Assembly (NCBI RefSeq): GCF_008065095.1
Contig: NZ_CP042911.1
Coordinates: 3,480,001-3,512,000 of the forward strand
DNA: 32,000 bases
From: Gemmata obscuriglobus
Lineage (GTDB): Bacteria; Planctomycetota; Planctomycetia; Gemmatales; Gemmataceae
Direction: 5' to 3'
Below the pieces are notes generated by a model. The model was not told the origin of the DNA, did not search any database, and was given only the letters and a program-made list of their open reading frames with translations. A program made the position numbers and the translations under genes. How positions within the stretch are numbered: the first letter of the stretch is position 1; the number at the start of each line of letters is the position of its first letter. Shown piece by piece: positions 26,839 to 32,000 of this stretch.

Positions 26839-26940
26839 CTACGGCCCGGCCCGAATCGGTACGGGAAGCGGGAGCGGGAACCGCCTCAACAAACCGTTGA
26901 GCCAATCCCACGTGCCCGATCCGCCGCGCCGACGACGAAC
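26839..26940 (-). pseudogene. Group II intron-encoded protein (RT/maturase), extreme C-terminus
   Basis: It joins in frame, through the shared TA, to 29282..29384: ...RVWRTWL|VRRRRGGSGTWDWLNGLLRRFPLPLPVPIRAGP*. This matches the remembered ...W.KWL.RRS....W..F..LL.R.PLP.P.I tail of bacterial IEPs. Confidence 0.65.
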
Positions 26941-27020
26941 TAGTGCTGTGTCAGGCTAACGAATTAGGATGCCACGGGGTCCATTGGTATGATGGCAGCC
27001 CCCCCCCGTGAGGTGCCGCC

Positions 27021-28156
27021 ATGATGAAGAAGTATATCGTTCGTCTTTCGGATGCGGAACGGGCCACGTTGTCGGAGGTGGTCAAGAAACTCAAGGGATC
27101 CTCGCAGAAGGTTCGTCGGGCCCAGATTCTTCTGAAGGCCGATGCCGATGGCCCGGGCTGGACGGATGCGAAGATTGCCGAGGCCGTCGGATGTCGCACC
27201 AAGACCGTGGAGAATATCCGGGAGCGCGTGGTGACGAGCGGGTTCGAGGTGGCACTCCACGGACAACCCCGGGCCGAGCCCCCGCGAGCCAAGTTGCTCG
27301 ACGGCCAACAGGAAGCCCCAGTCATCGCGATGCGATTGGGTCCGCCGCCCAAGGGCTTCGCCAACTGGAGCCTGCGGTTACTGGCCGAGCAGGTCGTCGC
27401 GTTGGAGGTTGTGGACGCCATCAGCCACGAGACCATTCGTCAGACGCTCAAAAAAACGCGATGGCGCCGCGGAAGTTGGAGTACGGGGTGATCCCGCCAG
27501 ACGCTGACGCGGCGTTCGTGGCGCACATGGCGTTGGTCCTGGACACCTATGCCTTGCCTTACGATTGCCTCTACCCGGTACTCAACATGGACGAGCAACC
27601 GATCCCGTTGCTCAAGGAGACGCGGGCGCCGATTCCCGCGACGAAGGATCATCCGCGCCGGGTGGACTACGAGTACGAGCGGGCGGGCACGGCGAGCATC
27701 TTCATGTTCTGTGAGGCGCTGGTGGGGTGGCGCCAGGTGAGCGTACGGGAGCGGCGGACGAAGGTGGATTGGGCGTTGGAGGTGGCCGAGTTACTACGGA
27801 CTCGCTACCGGGATGCCGTGAAGGTGATCGTGGTGTGCGACAACCGGAACACGCACACGATCGGTGCGTTCTACGAGGCGTTCGACCCGGAAACGGCGCG
27901 GGCGCTGGTGAGGCGATCGGAGTTCCGCCACACGCCCAAGCACGGGAGTTGGTTGCACGTCGCGGAATGTGAGCTGAGCGCGATGACGCGGCAATGCGTG
28001 CAGGGTAGGCGGTTCGCAACGATAGAGGAGTTGAGGGTAGAGACGGCCGCCTGGCAGGACTACACCAACGACAAGCAGCGTAGCGTCGATCGGCAGTTCC
28101 GCACCGACGATGCTCGCAACAGGCTCAAATCCCTCTACCCTAAAATCAAAACCTGA
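27021..28156 (+). CDS. IS630-family transposase of Y2 (two frames, -1 at an A7 run)
   Basis: ORF 27021..27491 ends ...ISHETIRQTLKK. The -1 frame continues NAMAPRKLEYGVIPP...NMDEQPIPLL...VVCDNRNTHT...FRHTPKHGSWLHVAECELS...RLKSLYPKIKT to 28156. Confidence 0.8.
27450..27456 (+). promoter_or_regulatory. A7 -1 frameshift / slippage site of the Y2 transposase
   Basis: CTC AAA AAA ACG. The -1 frame gives LKKN..., the conserved IS630 LKKN junction. Confidence 0.6.
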
Positions 28157-28166
28157 CACAGCACTA

Positions 28167-29279
28167 CTGCGTCCCGGGTAGTTAACGCACCCTTTGGTCA
28201 CGGATGCTCTCTAACTGGTATGAGCAGACCCATCGGAACGCCTGTCGAACTGGAACGCCGCCGTCAGCAGGCGGTATAAGCTGTTGCGGGCGGTCCGGCC
28301 CGCCAGACGGTCGCGACGGTCCTGGGGGTTCACGTCAAGACCGTGTCCCGCTGGGTCCGGGCCGCACGCACGTCCGGCGGCGTGGCGGCCAAGGTCCACC
28401 CGGGTCCGACCCCAGGCCTGACGGACGACGACCTCAAGCGATTGGCCGAGTTGCTGCTCCAAGGGGCCAAGGCCCACGGGTGGCACAACCAGCTCTGGAC
28501 GGCGGCACGGGTTGCCCGGTTGATCGAGCACGAGTTCCACATCCGGTACCACCCGGAACACGTCCGGGAGATCCTCAAGCGGCAGCTCGGGTGGACCAGC
28601 CAGAAGCCCCGCCGGAAGGCCCGGGAGCGAAACGACAAGGAGGTGGCGAGGTGGGTCGGTGACGAGTTCCCCCGGATCGTCCGGGACGCGTTCCGCCGCA
28701 CGGCCCACTTGGTTTTCCTGGACGAGTCGGGGTTCTTCCTGACGCCGACCGTCCGTCGCACCCTGGCCCCGCGGGGGAAGACCCCGGTCCTGACGGGGTG
28801 GGACCGTCGGGATCGACTGTCGGCGATCCGTGCCATTACCGTCAGCCCGGTGGTGGCCCGCCCGAACCTGTTCTTCGAGGTGTTCGACCACACCGTCCAT
28901 GCCGAGCAGGTGGTGGCGTTCCTGGCCGACCTACACCGCCGGTTGGGACCGTTGACGGTCGTCTGGGACCGCGGGGCGATCCACGATAAGTCCGGGTGCG
29001 TACGGGCGTGGCTGGCGGGGCACCCGGGGGTGGTGACCGAGAAGTTCCCGGGGTACGCTCCGGACCTGAACCCGGACGAGGGCGTGTGGGGGTGGACCAA
29101 GTACGGGCGGCTGTCCAACCTGGCGGCTAACGACACGGACGAGTTGTGGGATCATGTGATCGACGAGTTGGGCACCGCGAAGTCCTCCCCGAACCTGTTG
29201 AAGGCATTCATCCGGGAAGCACGACTGCCGAGCCTATCAATGGCCGCTAAGTAGGGAACGTTAACTACCCGGGACGCAG
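28167..29279 (+). mobile_element. IS630-family element Z (1113 bp)
   Basis: Perfect 21-bp IRs: CTGCGTCCCGGGTAGTTAACG (28167-28187) and CGTTAACTACCCGGGACGCAG (29259-29279). TA lies at 28165-28166 and 29280-29281. Confidence 0.9.
28220..29254 (+). pseudogene. IS630-family transposase of Z with an in-frame TAA in the N-terminal HTH region
   Basis: ATG 28220 is in frame with ORF 28343..29254 but is interrupted by TAA at 28277-28279 (MSRPIGTPVELERRRQQAV*). Downstream motifs: VFLDESGFFL, VVWDRGAIH, APDLNPDEGVW (DDE_3 type). Confidence 0.7.
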
Positions 29280-29281
29280 TA

Positions 29282-29384
29282 GCCACGTCCGCCAGACCCG
29301 CGTGACCTCGTACCGCAGTCGCTGCAACGCTTCGCCGTTGCCCGGCAACCCGTAGTACGCATAATGGCCCCGCAGCTTCTGACC
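29282..29384 (-). pseudogene. Group II intron-encoded protein fragment (maturase region)
   Basis: Peptide GQKLRGHYAYYGLPGNGEALQRLRYEVTRVWRTW contains the LRGHYAYYG signature of bacterial group II IEPs. It is bounded by IS630-Z on one side and ISa copy 3 on the other. Confidence 0.7.
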
Positions 29385-30862
29385 CTGTACTTTCCGCGAA
29401 TTTGTAGGCCGGGCGGTGATGGTGGTACGTTCGAAGTAGACGAATGCCGGCCCGTCCGGGAGGATGGCGTTACCACACGACCTCCCAACCCGAACGGACG
29501 CGGCGATGCCATCTTCGCACACTCCGGCCCCGCGGTGCCAGTGGTTTTCGATTCTGGCCGGTGCCTTGGATCGGCGCTCGGGCCGGCGGTTGGCGCTGTT
29601 GTTCCTGGGGGTGCTGTTGGCCCGCGGGCGACAGGCCCGGAGTTGCTGGATCCGAGCCGCCGGGTTGTCGTCCCAGTACCGCCGCTGCTACCCCACCGCG
29701 GCCGCCGTCGGGCGCCGGGCCGAGGCCATCGCCACCCGGTTGTTGGTCGAGGTGCTCCGGCCGTTGGTGACCGGGCCGCGGGTCGTGCTCGCGTTGGATG
29801 ACACCCCGACGGCGCGGTACGGTTCCCAGGTGCAAGGGGCCGGGGTGCACCACAACCCGACCCCCGGGCCGGCCGGGAGCGGGTTCGTGTACGGGCACGT
29901 GTGGGTGGTCCTCGGGTTGCTGGTGGCGCACCCGCTGGGCGGGGTCGTGGCGTTACCCCTGTTGGCCCGGCGGTACATCCGGAAGGCGAACCTGGGGGCG
30001 GTTCGGGCGGCGGACCGGCCCCCGTTCGCAACCAAGCTGACCATGGCCGTGGGCTTGGTGCGGTGGGCGCACGGGTGGCTGGCGTTGTGGGGGAAGGCGG
30101 TGTGGGTGGTGGCCGACGGGGCGTACGCCCAGGGGCCGGTGCTCAAGCCGCTGCGGAAGCTCGGGGTGACGGTGGTGAGCCGACTGCGCCGGGATGCGGC
30201 CCTGTGCTCGGTGCCACCGGCGCGAGTACCCGGGCGGCCCGGCGGCCGCGGGTGTACGGGACCGAGCGGGTGTCGCTGGCCAAGCGGGCCGCCCACCCCG
30301 GCGGGTGGAGCACCGGCATGTTCACCGTGTACGGGAAGTCGGTCGAGAAGCGGTACAAGACGTTCGTGGCCACGTGGCGCCCGGCCGGTGGGGCGATCCG
30401 GGTGGTGTTGGTGGACGAGCCCCACGGATGGGTCGCGTTCTTCGGCACCGACACCACCGCGACCGTGGCCGACATCCTGGAGCGGGTGGCCGACCGGTTC
30501 ACCCTGGAGACCTGTTTTCGGGATCTCAAACAAGTCGCCGGGGCGGGTCAGCAGCAGGTGCGCGGGGTGCCGTCGAACGTGGGGTGCTTCCACCTGTGCG
30601 CGTGGGCCCACACCCTGACCGAGGTGTGGGCCTGGAACCAGAACGCCGAGGCCCTGGTGGGGCACCGATCCGCATCCCCGTGGGACGACCCGAACCGGCG
30701 CCCGAGCCACGCGGACAAGCGCCGGGCCTGGCAACACGAGCTGTTGGCCCAGGAGATTCAGGCCGTTGTGGGCGAGCACCACGACCACGCGAAAATCCGC
30801 GACCTCGCCCACCGGTGCTTGGATCTGGCCGCGTGAGCGCGGCCGATTCGCGGAAACTACAG
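29385..30862 (+). mobile_element. ISa copy 3 (1478 bp)
   Basis: Same IRs as copy 1. Perfect 7-bp TSD TCTGACC at 29378-29384 and 30863-30869. It carries the same 1-nt deletion as copy 1. Confidence 0.9.
29464..30836 (+). pseudogene. ISa transposase, same frameshifted allele as copy 1
   Basis: ORFs 29464..30618 and 29901..30836 have translations identical to 609..1763 and 1046..1981. GG at 30241-30242 replaces the GGG of copy 2. Confidence 0.85.
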
Positions 30863-30885
30863 TCTGACCTGTACTGCTCTGAAAA

Positions 30886-32000
30886 TTACTCCGGTAGTGC
30901 TGCCGGCTCGGGTGTCGGGCGTGGCTCCAAGGTCACTTGTGCCCGAGTTGCTCCAGACGGTGCACCAGGTTGCGGGCCAACTGTTCGGGTTGGAGCCGGT
31001 CGTAGTAGTCGGCTCCGAGTTCCTGGTATGCCACCCGATGGCGGAGCACCTGATACACGATCACCAGTAGGGTATGCCCGATCGCCAGCAGGGCCCGCTC
31101 GGCGCCGCCGGGCCACCCGCCGGTACCGGGCGCCCAGGTACGTCTTCTTCGAGTGGGACGCAGCCCACCCGGCTTGCACCAGGGCCTGTCGGAGCCACCG
31201 GTTCCCGCGCCGAGTGCGTCCCGTCCGCCGCTTCCCGGCGCTCTCGTTGTTGCCGGGGCACATCCCGGCCCAGCTTGCGCATCGCCCGGCCGTCGGGAAC
31301 GGGTCGACGGTCGGCCCGATCTCGGCCAGCAGCACCTCGGCCGTGTGCTTCTGGATTCCAGGGATCGTGGTCAGCAGGTTCAGCGCCTTGACGTCCGGAG
31401 CCGTGAGCTGGGCGATCCGGGCATCCAGTTGGGCCACCAGCCGATCCAGCTGATCGATGTGCTCCAGGAGCACCTGGAGTAGGAACCGGTGGTGTTCGGT
31501 CACCCGCCCGCGGAGCGCCTCCCGGAGCTGCGGGATCTTCCCCCGCATCCGGCGCCGGGCCAAGTCGGCCAGTACCGCGGGGTCGTCCTGCCCGGCGATG
31601 ATGGCGTCGAGCATGGCCCGGCCGGACGCCCCGAGCACGTCGCTGGCCACGCTCCCCAGCTTGATGTTGGCGTCCTCCAGTACCTTCTGGACCCGGTTCG
31701 CCGCTGCGGTCTGCTCGGCCCCCAGTTGGGACCGGTGCCGGGTCAGATCCCGCAACTCGCGCTGGCGGGTCGGCGGGATGAAGCTGGCGGTCAGCAGCCC
31801 GTGCTGGAGCAGCTGGGCGATCCAGGCGCAGTCGGCCACGTCGGTCTTGCGCCCGGGTACCTGTTTGATGTGCTGGGCGTTCACCAGCAGGAGCGTGAAC
31901 TAGCCGTCGAGGACGTTGAGCACCGGCTTCCAGTACACCCCGGTCGATTCCATGGCCGCATGGGTGACGCCCTCGGCCGCCAGCCATGTGGCCCGCTCCT
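30886..32000 (-). pseudogene. IS110-family transposase (continues beyond the window), with an in-frame TAG and two frameshifts
   Basis: Motifs: ...MESTGVYWKPVLNVLDG*FTLLLVNAQHIKQVPGRKTDVADCAWIA..., with TAG at 31900-31902, and ...CASWAGMCPGNNESAGKRRTGRTRRGNRWLRQALVQAGWAA. The conserved tail ERALLAIGHTLLVIVYQVLRHRVAYQELGADYYDRLQPEQLARNLVHRLEQLGHK lies in another frame between ~31105 and ~30936. Confidence 0.8.

Larger units (their letters stand above)
26735..26940 (-). mobile_element. Group II intron, 3'-terminal segment (end of the maturase ORF, domains V and VI)
   Basis: It contains a domain V-like 33-mer, a domain VI-like hairpin with a bulged A, and the C-terminal codons of an intron-encoded protein. 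The 3' boundary (~26735) is approximate. Confidence 0.7.
26943..28164 (+). mobile_element. IS630-family element Y2 (apparently intact)
   Basis: IRs are GTGCTGTGTCAGG (26943-) and CCTGACACAGCAC (-28164). TA lies at 26941-26942 and at 28165-28166 (the latter shared with element Z). Confidence 0.85.

Noticed and set aside
26164-26959. ORFs 26164..26805 (-), 26654..26959 (+) and 26681..26911 (-), considered as small proteins downstream of DUF1501.
   Set aside because: The region is better explained by group II intron RNA domains V/VI plus the IEP tail. The ORFs overlap each other and the DUF1501 3' end, and have junk composition.
21507-29384. A composite transposon formed by ISa copies 2 and 3, or by the directly repeated IS630 Y1/Y2, carrying tRNA-Gln, tRNA-Cys, RraA and DUF1501.
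   Set aside because: Each ISa copy has its own perfect but different 7-bp TSD (CTCGCAT versus TCTGACC), so they inserted independently. Y1 and Y2 are diverged, Y1 is dead, and each is flanked by its own TA pair.
1-32000. A CRISPR array, rRNA genes, or a prophage/defence-island gene set.
   Set aside because: There are no short regularly spaced direct repeats. The only multi-copy sequences are complete IS elements. No Cas-, restriction-, toxin- or phage-structural-like translations were seen in any frame.

Overview
High-GC (~65%) bacterial window, probably from a Planctomycetota/Gemmata-like genome. That placement is inference only, from a DUF1501 gene with an RR-type leader, a Hanks kinase, a CBS-PP2C phosphatase and an extreme IS load. 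About 25 of 32 kb (~78%) is mobile DNA. By reading inverted repeats (IRs), target-site duplications (TSDs) and translated frames I can delimit about 20 insertion-sequence copies or fragments. They are: a 1.48-kb IS701/IS4-like element (local name ISa) x3, an IS4/ISH3-like element (ISb), ISL3, IS701, IS5 x3, IS66, IS4, an IS1182-like fragment, ISAzo13 x2, IS3, IS630 x4 and IS110. There is also the 3' end of a decayed group II intron. Many elements are nested or abut one another. Host DNA is reduced to four islands. (1) 1-529 holds the 3' end of an aminotransferase gene. (2) 3289-4809 holds a CBS-PP2C phosphatase and a possible NUDIX stub. (3) 15661-17608 holds a zinc-ribbon Ser/Thr kinase and a broken TPR gene. 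(4) 23851-26734 holds tRNA-Gln, tRNA-Cys, an RraA-like gene and DUF1501. I found no convincing novel defence, toxin or biosynthetic system, no CRISPR array and no rRNA. The points most worth a second look are listed here. First, 'intergenic' DNA after DUF1501 is really group II intron domains V/VI plus the maturase C-terminus, and that ORF is split by four later IS insertions. Second, there is an abutted IRR-AAT-IRL junction of ISb. Third, one frameshifted ISa allele is present at two independent insertion sites. Fourth, IS630 elements are stacked on shared TA dinucleotides. Fifth, the window holds a mix of canonical recoding sites and genuine decay, with in-frame stops at conserved positions in six transposase genes. 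IS end coordinates were read by eye and may be off by 1-3 bp. Family calls rest on remembered motifs, not on searches.
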